From Alphaproteobacteria bacterium (GTDB lineage: Bacteria > Pseudomonadota > Alphaproteobacteria > GCA-2731375), in the NCBI GenBank assembly GCA_030752605.1, contig JASMDX010000034.1:6608-70607 (forward strand): a DNA stretch of 64,000 nucleotides, written 5' to 3'. Shown in pieces: positions 1 to 8,841 of this stretch. The notes below the pieces were generated by a model that was not told the origin of the DNA, did not search any database, and worked only from the letters and a program-made list of their open reading frames with translations. Every line of letters begins with the position of its first letter. The stretch's first letter is position 1. Made by a program: the position numbers and the translations under genes.

Positions 1-4
1 CCGG

Positions 5-1495
5 TCACCAGATTTGCCCCCGCAACAGCAATTCGGCGGCATTCTCTGCTATGGCTACGGGCACGCGGGTATCAACGCCGAAATAGATGTTTGCCCCCGC
101 CAGCAGCAGGGTCGGCAATAGCATGGACAGGGGCGCCTCGGTCACGGCCTCCGTACCCGGTGCCGGCTCTTTGAAATACAATGCCTCCACCAGTCGCCAG
201 ACGTAGACCAGCGCCAGCATGGAGCTGAGGGCGATCAGAATGACCAACCACCATAAATCCGACTGCATGGCCGCCTGCACCAGATACCATTTAGAGATGA
301 AGCCGGCTGTCAGGGGCACGCCCAGTAGACTAAGGCCGCCGGCGACGATGGCGGTCATGGTCCAGGGCATCTGCCGGCCCAGCCCCGTCATGGCATCGAT
401 CCGGGTGGAGGAGATGCGGTAGAAGATGCAGCCCATGGCACAGAACAGCGCCGCCTTCATCAGGCCATGATTGAAGATGTGGATCAGAGCGGCGGTTACG
501 CCGGCGGAGGAGGCCAGGGAAATCGCCAGGGTGATGTAACCGATCTGCGCCACCGAGGAATAGGCCAGCATACGTTTGATATCGCGCTGAAAAATCGCGC
601 TGAAGGAGCCGGCGAACATGGCGAGAACAGCGGGCACCAGCAACATCCAGTGCAGGGGCAGGTTCCCAAAAGCATATTTGGCGCCAAAAACGGTAAAGGT
701 GAAACGCAGCAGCACATAAAGCGATACCTTGGTGGCGGTTGCCGCCATGAAGGCGGAAACTCCCGACGGCGCGAAGGCATAGGCATTGGGCAGCCACAGA
801 TGCATGGGGAACAGCGCCGCTTTCAGGGCCAGGCCGACGGTAATGAAGGCGAAGGCGGCGAGTACCGGGCGGCTATCCTGGATACCGGGTATGCGGGTTT
901 GCAAATCCGCCATGTTCAAGGTGCCGGTCATCATGTACAGCAGCCCGACGCCGATCAGGAAAAAGGTCGCACCAATAGTGCCCATGACCAGATATTGAAA
1001 TGCCGCCGTCAGGGCCTTCCGCTGCCGGCCCATGGCGATCAGGGCGTAGCTGGAGAGCGATGAAATCTCCAGGAAGACAAAGACGTTGAAGGCATCGCCG
1101 GTAATCGCGATGCCCAGCAACCCAGTCAAGCACAAAACATACATACAATAGTACAAATGGCCGCGTCCGGGCCGGATTTCCTTAGCCACGCTGGCGGGGC
1201 TGTAGATCAGCACAATGGTGGCGATGGAGGATACCAACAGCAGGATAAAGGCATTGGCGGTATCGACCACGTATTCGATGCCCCATGGCGGGGCCCAGCC
1301 GCCCATTTGATAGCTAATGACGCCGTTGTGGTAGGTCAAATAGGCCAGGGCCACGGCTGTTACCGTAGTGGCGGACGAGGCGGCCAGGGCAATGATCCAG
1401 GCCAGCCCGGTGCGGTCCGCCAACAAACACAATGGTGCCGCGAACAAAGGTATGACGATCTGTAGGGCCGGCAGCTGGGGGATCAAGTTGCTCAC
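5..1495 (-). CDS. mrpD: Mrp/Mnh Na+/H+ antiporter subunit D
   Basis: 496 aa multi-TM protein with GDAFNVFVFLE, KAALFPMHLWLPNAY and KRMLAYSS motifs (NuoL/M/N-like); lies among other mrp genes. Confidence 0.93.
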   Translation of the reverse strand: MSNLIPQLPALQIVIPLFAAPLCLLADRTGLAWIIALAASSATTVTAVALAYLTYHNGVISYQMGGWAPPWGIEYVVDTANAFILLLVSSIATIVLIYSPASVAKEIRPGRGHLYYCMYVLCLTGLLGIAITGDAFNVFVFLEISSLSSYALIAMGRQRKALTAAFQYLVMGTIGATFFLIGVGLLYMMTGTLNMADLQTRIPGIQDSRPVLAAFAFITVGLALKAALFPMHLWLPNAYAFAPSGVSAFMAATATKVSLYVLLRFTFTVFGAKYAFGNLPLHWMLLVPAVLAMFAGSFSAIFQRDIKRMLAYSSVAQIGYITLAISLASSAGVTAALIHIFNHGLMKAALFCAMGCIFYRISSTRIDAMTGLGRQMPWTMTAIVAGGLSLLGVPLTAGFISKWYLVQAAMQSDLWWLVILIALSSMLALVYVWRLVEALYFKEPAPGTEAVTEAPLSMLLPTLLLAGANIYFGVDTRVPVAIAENAAELLLRGQIW

Positions 1496-1851
1496 ATTTC
1501 ACCGTCCAGAAAATCCAGCTCGTCTTCCTCGATGGTGCCGTAACTTTCCTTGATCCGCACTACCAGGGCCAGGCCCAGGGCGGTGGTGGCGACACCAACC
1601 ACGATGGCGGTCAGAATCAACACATGCGGAAGTGGGTTCGAGTACAGCGTGAAGCGCTCATCCAGGATCGGCGCCGTGCCGCCCGTAACCTTGCCCATTG
1701 TGATGTACAGCAGAAAGACGGAGGTCTGGAAGATGTTTAAACCGACCAGTTTCTTGACCAGATTGCCCCGCGCCACCACAATATACAGGCCGATCATCAT
1801 CAATAGGATGGCGATCCAGTAATTGTAATGATCCAGAATGACTTGCAGCAT
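1492..1851 (-). CDS. mrpC: Mrp antiporter subunit C
   Basis: 119 aa; NLVKKLVGL and NPLPHVLILTAIVVGVA motifs; 4-nt overlap with mrpD. Confidence 0.93.
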   Translation of the reverse strand: MLQVILDHYNYWIAILLMMIGLYIVVARGNLVKKLVGLNIFQTSVFLLYITMGKVTGGTAPILDERFTLYSNPLPHVLILTAIVVGVATTALGLALVVRIKESYGTIEEDELDFLDGEM

Positions 1852-2268
1852 TCAGCGATCCCTTCCGGCGAAGAGGAAAAAGATCGTAATCATCGCCGCC
1901 GCCACCGTGGTGCCGACACCGAATTCAATCGCCAAAATGCCCAGATGCTGCCCCGCCACCGGATCCTTGCTCAGGGCACCGTAATCAAGGAAGTTGGCAC
2001 CCTTGAACAAGCCCATGTAACCGGTGCCGGCGTAGATTAGCACGCCGGCGGCGACCAGCTTGGTAACCACGGCGGGTGGGGCTACCCTGCGGGCATTTTC
2101 CAAGCCAAAGATCAAGCCGTACAGAATAAACGCCGAAGCCATGATTACGCCGGCCTGAAAGCCGCCGCCTGGCCCGAAATCGCCATGGAACTGTACATAC
2201 AGGGCGAACAGCATGATGAAGGGGATCAATAGCTTGGAGATGACGCGCAGGACGCGGTGGTGCCTCAT
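1852..2268 (-). CDS. mrpB: Mrp antiporter subunit B (MnhB domain)
   Basis: HGDFGPGGGFQAGV motif; 4 TM segments. Confidence 0.92.
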   Translation of the reverse strand: MRHHRVLRVISKLLIPFIMLFALYVQFHGDFGPGGGFQAGVIMASAFILYGLIFGLENARRVAPPAVVTKLVAAGVLIYAGTGYMGLFKGANFLDYGALSKDPVAGQHLGILAIEFGVGTTVAAAMITIFFLFAGRDR

Positions 2269-2885
2269 GCGGTGCCCCCTTCATCCTTGCTGTTCCCATT
2301 GCTGGAGTCCGTATCGTCAACCGCGTCATCGTCCGGTTCGTTCTTGATGCCGGCGTCATCGCCCTTGCGCCCGCCCATCAACAGCATCACCGCCACGGCG
2401 GCGGTGAAAATCACTGTCACCTCACCCAAGGTGTCATAGCCGCGATAGCTGGCCAGCACCGAGGTGACCACGTTGGGCAGGCCCACTTCGGCAAAGCTGT
2501 CATTCAGATATCTTGGCGCAACGTGCTGGTTAACCGGCGCGTCGGCATCGCCGAACGCCGGCATATCGAAGGTGGCATAGATCAGGGCGGCACCGGTCAA
2601 AACCACCACCGCCATGGGCAGCCACCTGGAATGGCTGGGCGCCCGTTCCCGTTCACCGGTCAGGGCCAGGACCGCGATCATCAGTACGGTGGAGATGCCG
2701 GCGCCCACGGCGGCCTCGGTAAATGCCACGTCGACCGCATCCAGGGCGACGAACATGGAGGCCGCTAACAGGCTGTATATGCCCGACAGCATGACCACGG
2801 CAAACAGGCTGCGTAGGCGCAATATGGCGAACGCCGTGGCGCCCATGAAGGTCAACAGGGCGATATCGATCAGGGTAATGATCAT
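2265..2885 (-). CDS. Mrp subunit B-related protein (DUF4040-type, equivalent to the MrpA C-terminal part)
   Basis: DVAFTEAAVGAG and NVVTSVLASYRGYDTLGE motifs. Confidence 0.88.
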   Translation of the reverse strand: MIITLIDIALLTFMGATAFAILRLRSLFAVVMLSGIYSLLAASMFVALDAVDVAFTEAAVGAGISTVLMIAVLALTGERERAPSHSRWLPMAVVVLTGAALIYATFDMPAFGDADAPVNQHVAPRYLNDSFAEVGLPNVVTSVLASYRGYDTLGEVTVIFTAAVAVMLLMGGRKGDDAGIKNEPDDDAVDDTDSSNGNSKDEGGTA

Positions 2886-3244
2886 GTGGCCCCGTCCTTC
2901 TTGCCACCCTTGATTTCATCAGCCTGCTTCTTGGGCTCTTCCGGCGCCCGCCAGGGCGGCAGGCCCGCCGCCAAGGCCGCGCGCGCTGTGGCGTGGCCCG
3001 AGGTTGGCGAGGTGAACAGCAAAAAGATCGCTATGATCACCAGTTTAATGCCAACTATGAAGGCTTCCGATTGCAGCAGTAGTCCGATCAAAATCAGCCC
3101 CGCGCCCATAGTGTCGGTCAGGCCGGCGGGATGCAGGCGGCTGTAAAAATCCGGCAAACGCAACATCCCAAAGGCGCCGATGATAACAAAGATCGATCCA
3201 CCGATGAGAAATAGCCAGCTTAAACCGTCGAGAAAAAACGCCAT
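2882..3244 (-). CDS. mrpG: Mrp antiporter subunit G
   Basis: Start at MAFFLDG (ATG 3244) inside the longer listed ORF; GMLRLPDFYSRLH and FTSPTSGHA motifs. Confidence 0.9.
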   Translation of the reverse strand: MAFFLDGLSWLFLIGGSIFVIIGAFGMLRLPDFYSRLHPAGLTDTMGAGLILIGLLLQSEAFIVGIKLVIIAIFLLFTSPTSGHATARAALAAGLPPWRAPEEPKKQADEIKGGKKDGAT

Positions 3245-3246
3245 GA

Positions 3247-3528
3247 TCAACCGTCCCCATCCACACCCGGATGGGCCACGTCGCCATATTTGACGTATTT
3301 CAGCACCGCCACCACGCCGATGAAATTGATCAAGGCGTAAACGATGGCGATGTCGAGAAAATCGGGCCTGCCGGTGAGGAAACCCAGCACCGCGATCAAC
3401 AGGACCGTCTTGGTACCCACCGAATTCACCGCCAGGATGCGGTCGAACACCGTCGGGCCCATGAAGGCACGGGCCAGGGCGATGCCCAGGGCGATCAGCA
3501 CGGCAAAGGCGGTGACGGCGAACATCAA
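3247..3528 (-). CDS. mrpF: Mrp antiporter subunit F
   Basis: GPTVFDRILA and DIAIVYALINFIG motifs. Confidence 0.92.
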   Translation of the reverse strand: MMFAVTAFAVLIALGIALARAFMGPTVFDRILAVNSVGTKTVLLIAVLGFLTGRPDFLDIAIVYALINFIGVVAVLKYVKYGDVAHPGVDGDG

Positions 3529-4064
3529 TCCTGCCCCTCCACCTGCGACACGCGCTTGTCCATCTCCCCCTCCAGAACACCATCGGCGGCACCATCGTGC
3601 AGGGCATGCACCAGGATCACGCCAGGGTCCAGATTGACCGACACCGTACCCGGCGTCAGGGTGATGGAATTGGCGTAAATTACCTGGCCCAAATCGGTTT
3701 TCTGGCTAACGGAGGCGTTGAAAAGGCTGGGCGAGATGGGCAGGGAAGGGGCGATGACCCGCCTAGCCACATCAATATTCGCCTTCACGATCTCCCACAA
3801 CAACCAGGGCAGATAGCGCAGGCCGGCCCAAGTAATGTGCAGCGGTACGCCTTCATGGTCGATCAAATCCATGCGCACGGCAATCCAAACGCAGAACAGA
3901 ATGGAGGCGGCGCCCAAGCCCAACAGCAGAATTTGAAAATAGCCCGACAGCAACAGCCAGCACACCGTCAGGGCAAGGCAAAGCCCCACGCCATGGATCA
4001 CCGGGCGGTAGCCTGATCCAGCCCCACCGTCGTTCTCGCTGCCCACGTTACCTAATTCTGTCAC
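3525..4064 (-). CDS. mrpE: Mrp antiporter subunit E
   Basis: EIVKANIDVA and ANSITLTPGT motifs; exact start uncertain. Confidence 0.9.
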   Translation of the reverse strand: MTELGNVGSENDGGAGSGYRPVIHGVGLCLALTVCWLLLSGYFQILLLGLGAASILFCVWIAVRMDLIDHEGVPLHITWAGLRYLPWLLWEIVKANIDVARRVIAPSLPISPSLFNASVSQKTDLGQVIYANSITLTPGTVSVNLDPGVILVHALHDGAADGVLEGEMDKRVSQVEGQD

Positions 4065-4259
4065 CGTGATCCTATTCCGAAACAGATTCGAAGTATCGAA
4101 AGGGTAGTATGCCCCACCCCCAGAAGGCCAGCGGAAAGCGCGTTTTTATGCGTTCAAGGTAATAAATTCGGCCAATTAATTTCTTTTTGCCGACTGTTTC
4201 AGAAAAAATATAATGTGTGCAAATGATAAGGACTTGTTTGTTGTGCGGGGCGCAATATG

Positions 4260-4275
4260 TTAAACTTCTGCTAAC
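4260..4275 (+). promoter_or_regulatory. CtrA-box-like site upstream of the cold-shock gene
   Basis: TTAA-ACTTCTG-CTAAC, one mismatch to TTAA-N7-TTAAC, in the AT-rich divergent mrpE/csp intergenic region. Confidence 0.35.
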
Positions 4276-4341
4276 TCGTAATTGCAAAGTGAGTAGTCGG
4301 CTTGTTTATAGGGCGAATGCTCGCAAGGGGAAGCGAGTAAG

Positions 4342-5001
4342 ATGGCTTTAAACATAAAAAACCTAGATGTTGTAAAAGACGCCAAAAGCGACACGACGAA
4401 CGTCAAAGAACTGAATATAGATCATCATGGCGTGGATACAGCCGCTGATGGCTCTGTCAATGCGCCGGTTAGCGCTACGGTCAGTGAACCAGTCGATATT
4501 GAGAGCGATGTCAAGAATGGCACCGTGAAATGGTTCGACGCCGTCAAGGGATATGGCTTTTTTGTTCCAGGCGACGATTCGGGCGATGTTCTGATCCATA
4601 AATCGATACTCCGCGATGCCGGCATAGAGATTGTTTATGAAGGCACCGTGGTGGTTTGCGAGATTGTCCAGGGTGAGCGGGGACAGCAGGCCTCCCGTGT
4701 CATATCGGCTGATAACAGTGGTGCGCTGGTGCCGCCGCCCCGGTCCGCCCGCCCGGCGGGCGAGGAGCGTCCGGCCCTGGTCGAAGGCGAGGGCGACTTC
4801 GTCGATGCCACGGTGAAGTGGTTCAACCGGGTCAAGGGCTATGGCTTTGTCACCCGTGGTGAAGGCACCGACGATGTCTTCATCCATATCGAGACATTGC
4901 GCCGCTTCGGCTCCGATGATCTGCTGCCGGGCCAGGCCCTGCAGATCCGTATCGGCAACGGCCCGAAAGGGCCGCTGGTGGCGGAGATCGTCTTCGTCTG
5001 A
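4342..5001 (+). CDS. Cold-shock protein with two CSD domains
   Basis: Two RNP1-type motifs ([14 protein letters not shown] and [14 protein letters not shown]), each followed by DV(L/F)IH. Confidence 0.92.
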   Translation: MALNIKNLDVVKDAKSDTTNVKELNIDHHGVDTAADGSVNAPVSATVSEPVDIESDVKNGTVKWFDAVKGYGFFVPGDDSGDVLIHKSILRDAGIEIVYEGTVVVCEIVQGERGQQASRVISADNSGALVPPPRSARPAGEERPALVEGEGDFVDATVKWFNRVKGYGFVTRGEGTDDVFIHIETLRRFGSDDLLPGQALQIRIGNGPKGPLVAEIVFV

Positions 5002-5094
5002 CCTGGAAGCTCCAGCGCCACAATGGCAGCGAACCAGCGATCAATAATTCGTGATGGCCGGCTGTCTGTTCGCAAATCCTCAGGCTGATTTCTT

Positions 5095-6063
5095 CTACCG
5101 CAATTCGACTGCATATTTGTCGATGCTGAGGACGCGTTTAATCAAACCCTGATCTTTCAGGAATTGCGCCATGCGCCGATAGCGCCCCTGATCCAAGGCG
5201 GCGGGGCGCAGGGCAAAGCGTGGCAGGGTGTCCCGAAAGGCGCGCTTGTTCAATTCGTTGTTTAGCTCCTTGTTGCCCTTGATGAATAGGGTCCAGCCTT
5301 CTTTCGGGTGATTGACCAGGAACTGCGCGGCGGCCTCGAGAGCATCAACGAACCGCTTCAGGCGGGCATCGCCCAGGCGCTCGGCATGGGCCACGACGAT
5401 CAGTTCGTCATAGGCGGGCACGCCTTCTTCCTCCACGTAAAAGGCGCGTCCGGGATGTTCGACGATATCCATCTGATTTAGTTCGAAATTTCGGTAAGCG
5501 CCGATCACCGCGTCCACCTGGCCGGAAATCAGCGAAGGTGAGAGCGAGAAATTAACGTTGATCAGGGTCACGTCGGACAGTTTCAGGCCGGCCTTTTTCA
5601 ACATCGCCCCCAAAATGGCGTCCTCGAAGCCACCGACCGAGAAACCGACTTTCTTACCCTTCAGATCCGCGATAGATTTTATCGGGCCGTCTTCCAGAAC
5701 AACCAGACTGCTCAGGGGCGTCGAGACCAAGGTGGCGATGCGGCGCAGTGGCAGGCCCTGGTCGACCTGACGATGTAATTGCGGCTGGTAGGATATGGCC
5801 AGATCGGCTTTCCTGGCGGCCACCAGCTTGGGCGGGTCGTTAGGATCGGCGGGCGCGATCATCTCTACATCCAGGCCGGCCTGGGCGAAAAAGCCCTTTT
5901 CCTTGGCTATAATCAGGGTGGTGTGATCGGGATTGATGAACCAATCCAGCATCACCGTCAGTTTATCGGCGGCCTGGGCGGACGGGACCATCTGGGCGCC
6001 TAGGCAATAGGTCAGCGCCAGCAGGGCTGCAATACGTCGCATGGTCTTTAGTCTCCTAGTCAT
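5095..6063 (-). CDS. thiY: ThiY/NMT1-family ABC substrate-binding protein (thiamine/HMP precursor)
   Basis: Signal peptide; LDWFINPDH, AISYQP and GAYRNFE motifs; lies downstream of a TPP riboswitch. Confidence 0.88.
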   Translation of the reverse strand: MTRRLKTMRRIAALLALTYCLGAQMVPSAQAADKLTVMLDWFINPDHTTLIIAKEKGFFAQAGLDVEMIAPADPNDPPKLVAARKADLAISYQPQLHRQVDQGLPLRRIATLVSTPLSSLVVLEDGPIKSIADLKGKKVGFSVGGFEDAILGAMLKKAGLKLSDVTLINVNFSLSPSLISGQVDAVIGAYRNFELNQMDIVEHPGRAFYVEEEGVPAYDELIVVAHAERLGDARLKRFVDALEAAAQFLVNHPKEGWTLFIKGNKELNNELNKRAFRDTLPRFALRPAALDQGRYRRMAQFLKDQGLIKRVLSIDKYAVELR

Positions 6064-6835
6064 GAGCGAGGGAATCCGGCTGCCACGGCAACAAGCGCCG
6101 CAGCAACCAATCGAGGGTGAAATAAATCGTCACCGCTATGACCGCGAGAACGAACAGGGCGGCGAACAGTAGATCGATCTGCATGCGCCCGTTGGCATGC
6201 AGCATCAGGTATCCCAAACCAGCGGAGGAGCCGACCCATTCGCCGACCACGGCGCCGATGGGCGCCACCGAGGCGGCGACCCGCAGGCCCGAGGCCAGCG
6301 CCGGCAGGGCGGCGGGAATGCGGATATGGCGCAACATGGCCCAGCGCCCGGATTTCGCGGCTCCGGCCGTTGTTGCGGTCATGGTTTGGGCAAGGTCAAG
6401 CCAGCCTGGCTCCGTCTGCCGCAGACCATCCAGGAAGGCGGCGGTGACGGGAAAAAAAATGATCAGGCTGGCCATCATCACTTTCGAGGCCAGACCGTAA
6501 CCCAGCCACAACACCAGTACTGGCGCCAGGGCAAAAACGGGGATCGCCTGGGTCACCACCAACAGGGGCAGCAGCCAGCGGCGCACGTGGGGAAACCAGC
6601 TCAGGCTGACGGCGCTAAGGATGCCGAAAACGCTGCCGAAAAACAGGCCGAGGAGGATTTCCAATAATGTGACTGCCGCATGTTCGCCGATCAGGTCCAG
6701 ATGCCCGGCCAAACTGACAAGGACAAGCCAGGGGCCGGGCAGGATGAACGGTTCAACATTCGTGATCCAAACCAGCCCCTGCCAACCCGTCAGCAGGATG
6801 GCAAGACTAATGATGGAACGGCGGGCAATATCCAT
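6056..6835 (-). CDS. thiX: ThiX-type ABC permease
   Basis: Start at MDIARR (6835); QAIPVFALAP and GAVVGEWVGSSAGLG motifs. Confidence 0.87.
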   Translation of the reverse strand: MDIARRSIISLAILLTGWQGLVWITNVEPFILPGPWLVLVSLAGHLDLIGEHAAVTLLEILLGLFFGSVFGILSAVSLSWFPHVRRWLLPLLVVTQAIPVFALAPVLVLWLGYGLASKVMMASLIIFFPVTAAFLDGLRQTEPGWLDLAQTMTATTAGAAKSGRWAMLRHIRIPAALPALASGLRVAASVAPIGAVVGEWVGSSAGLGYLMLHANGRMQIDLLFAALFVLAVIAVTIYFTLDWLLRRLLPWQPDSLAHD

Positions 6836-6851
6836 GATCAGTTCCCCGCTC

Positions 6852-7604
6852 TCACGCCGCCAGGTCGCGCAGAATACCGGCGGCCAGGCCATGCAAGTCC
6901 GGATCATCCGCAGGCCGCGGCACCGCGCCCGCTGGCTGCAATGGCTCGCTCATGTGCGCTGGATCGCCGCACAGGACCAGAATTCTATGGCCCAGGCGCA
7001 GGGCTTCCAACGGATCGTGAGTGACCAGCAACGTGGTTCGCCCAGCCAGCAATTCCGCCGCTAGATCCTGCAGGCGCAGCCGCGTCAGGGCATCCACCGC
7101 CGAGAACGGTTCGTCCATAAGGACGACGGCGCGGTCCTCCATCAGGGTGCGGGCTAGGGCAGCGCGCTGGCGCATGCCGCCCGATAGCGCGCTGGGCAGC
7201 GCCTGGGCCTCTTCCTCCAGACCGACTCGCGCCAGCAAGGCCATGGCTCGTTGATGATCCGGCGTCTCCCCGCGCAGGCGGGCGCCCAGGGTGACATTGG
7301 CCAGCACATTCAGCCAGGGCAGCAGCAGGTCGCGTTGATCCATATAGGAGATGCGCCCGGAGACCGGCCCGCCGTCACTGACGCTCAGATGCAGCGCCGT
7401 TGCCTCGGGCGAAATGCCGGCGATCAACCGCAACAGGGATGATTTGCCCACCCCCGATGCGCCCAGCAGACAGGTGGTCTGCCCTGCCGGAATATCCAGA
7501 TCCAAATCCTTGAATACCGCCCGTTCGTTAAATGCCAGGGCGCCGCCGCGCAGCTCGACCCCGATAGCTGGCGGGCTGCTATTATTGATTGTCTGGGCTG
7601 GCAC
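6852..7604 (-). CDS. thiZ: ThiZ-type ABC ATP-binding protein
   Basis: Walker A GASGVGKS, LSGGMRQR and LMDEPF motifs. Probable GTG start at 7604, because the listed ORF's first 32 codons are riboswitch sequence. Confidence 0.85.
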   Translation of the reverse strand: MPAQTINNSSPPAIGVELRGGALAFNERAVFKDLDLDIPAGQTTCLLGASGVGKSSLLRLIAGISPEATALHLSVSDGGPVSGRISYMDQRDLLLPWLNVLANVTLGARLRGETPDHQRAMALLARVGLEEEAQALPSALSGGMRQRAALARTLMEDRAVVLMDEPFSAVDALTRLRLQDLAAELLAGRTTLLVTHDPLEALRLGHRILVLCGDPAHMSEPLQPAGAVPRPADDPDLHGLAAGILRDLAA

Positions 7605-7610
7605 TGGACG

Positions 7611-7707
7611 CGTCCCTCCGCCGGTACGATCCGGATCAGGTTCAAGGGGTCGTCCTGGGTTTAGGAACCTCTCAGCTGCCGCGTGCAGCTCCCCCCGCAA
7701 TGAACGG
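7611..7707 (-). ncRNA. TPP riboswitch (THI element)
   Basis: Minus strand reads GGGGAGC..GCTGAGAGG..GACCCCTTGAACCTGATCCGGATCGTACCGGCGGAGGGA; P1 pairs CGTTC with GGACG; directly precedes thiZXY. Confidence 0.95.
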
Positions 7708-7775
7708 CGATCATAGCGCCGATTGACTATGACCGCAAATATGTAATGAGTATGGCGAAACTAAAGGGATAAGAA

Positions 7776-8519
7776 ATGACTACGACAGAAACCTTTTCCG
7801 AGCAATTGCGTGCGGGCTGTGAAGCGAATTGGCAAGCTGCGACCTCTCATCGTTTCGTGGCCGAGCTGGCCAATGACGAAATTTCCGATGCGGATTACGT
7901 ACGCTATCTGATCCTCGATTATGCTTTTCTTGATATACTGGTGGCGCACGTGGGCCAGGCGGTCACCACGGCGCCCAGTATGGTGGAAAAGCGCCAATAC
8001 GCCGGCTTTCTGGGCGTTCTGACCGGTGACGAGGATGACTATTTCCTGCGCTCCTTCGCCGCCATGGGTGTCGCGGAGGCGGATTGGCGCCAGCCTTATG
8101 ATCATGCGGTGGTACGTGGTTTCCACGAGATTATGCTGGGTGGGGAGAGGGTCACATACGCCAATGTGCTGGCGGCGTTATTGCCGGTGGAGTGGGTTTA
8201 TCTCAGCTGGGCCAAATCGGTCGCCGATCACGCGCCGGCGCGCTTTTATCTAAAGGAATGGATCGACCTGCACACCGATCTGGGTTTCGAGGCCTTTGTT
8301 ATGTGGATGGCCTCGGAAATGGACCGCATCGGCTCAGCGCTTTCCGCCAGTGAACGGCGGACCGTGCGGGGCATCTTCAACAAGGCAGTTGAATTGGAGG
8401 TCGCATTTTTCAATGCGGCGTATGAAACAAACTCGGGAGATGCAGGAAATGGGTCGTTTGAATGGCAAGATCGCGATGATCACCGGCGGCACCAGCGACA
8501 TTGGCGCACGCACAGTTGA
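7776..8519 (+). CDS. tenA: TenA family protein (TenA_E type, thiamine pyrimidine salvage)
   Basis: HRFVAELA, YLILDYAF, LLPVEWVY, EWIDLH and LEVAFF motifs; adjacent to the thiamine transporter. Confidence 0.88.
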   Translation: MTTTETFSEQLRAGCEANWQAATSHRFVAELANDEISDADYVRYLILDYAFLDILVAHVGQAVTTAPSMVEKRQYAGFLGVLTGDEDDYFLRSFAAMGVAEADWRQPYDHAVVRGFHEIMLGGERVTYANVLAALLPVEWVYLSWAKSVADHAPARFYLKEWIDLHTDLGFEAFVMWMASEMDRIGSALSASERRTVRGIFNKAVELEVAFFNAAYETNSGDAGNGSFEWQDRDDHRRHQRHWRTHS

Positions 8520-8841
8520 AATCTTTGTTGAGGAAGGGGCCGAGGTGGTATTTTGCGGCCGGCGCGAAAATCTGGGCCAGGCGTTGGCGGAAATGGTCGG
8601 CGTCAAGGCGGCTTTGATCAAAACTGATGTCTACGTCGAGGCGGAGGTTGCCGATCTGATGGCCCGGACGGTCGATAGGCACGGACGCATCAACATCCTT
8701 TTCAACAATGCCAGCGGCCTCGCGCCAGGGCAACGGGTCGATCATCAACAACGGTAGTGTCGCGGCGTATCAAGCCGGTAATGGACCGCCCTGCAAGAAG
8801 ACCTGTCCGGCCTGAAAAGCGCCTTCGATGCCGCCGGTTAG
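8449..8841 (+). pseudogene. Internally deleted short-chain dehydrogenase (SDR)
   Basis: MGRLNGKIAMITGGTSDIG..ILFNNA, then a frame change to GSIINNGSVAAYQAG, then a tail LQEDLSGLKSAFDAAG*; the catalytic YxxxK region is missing. Confidence 0.8.
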
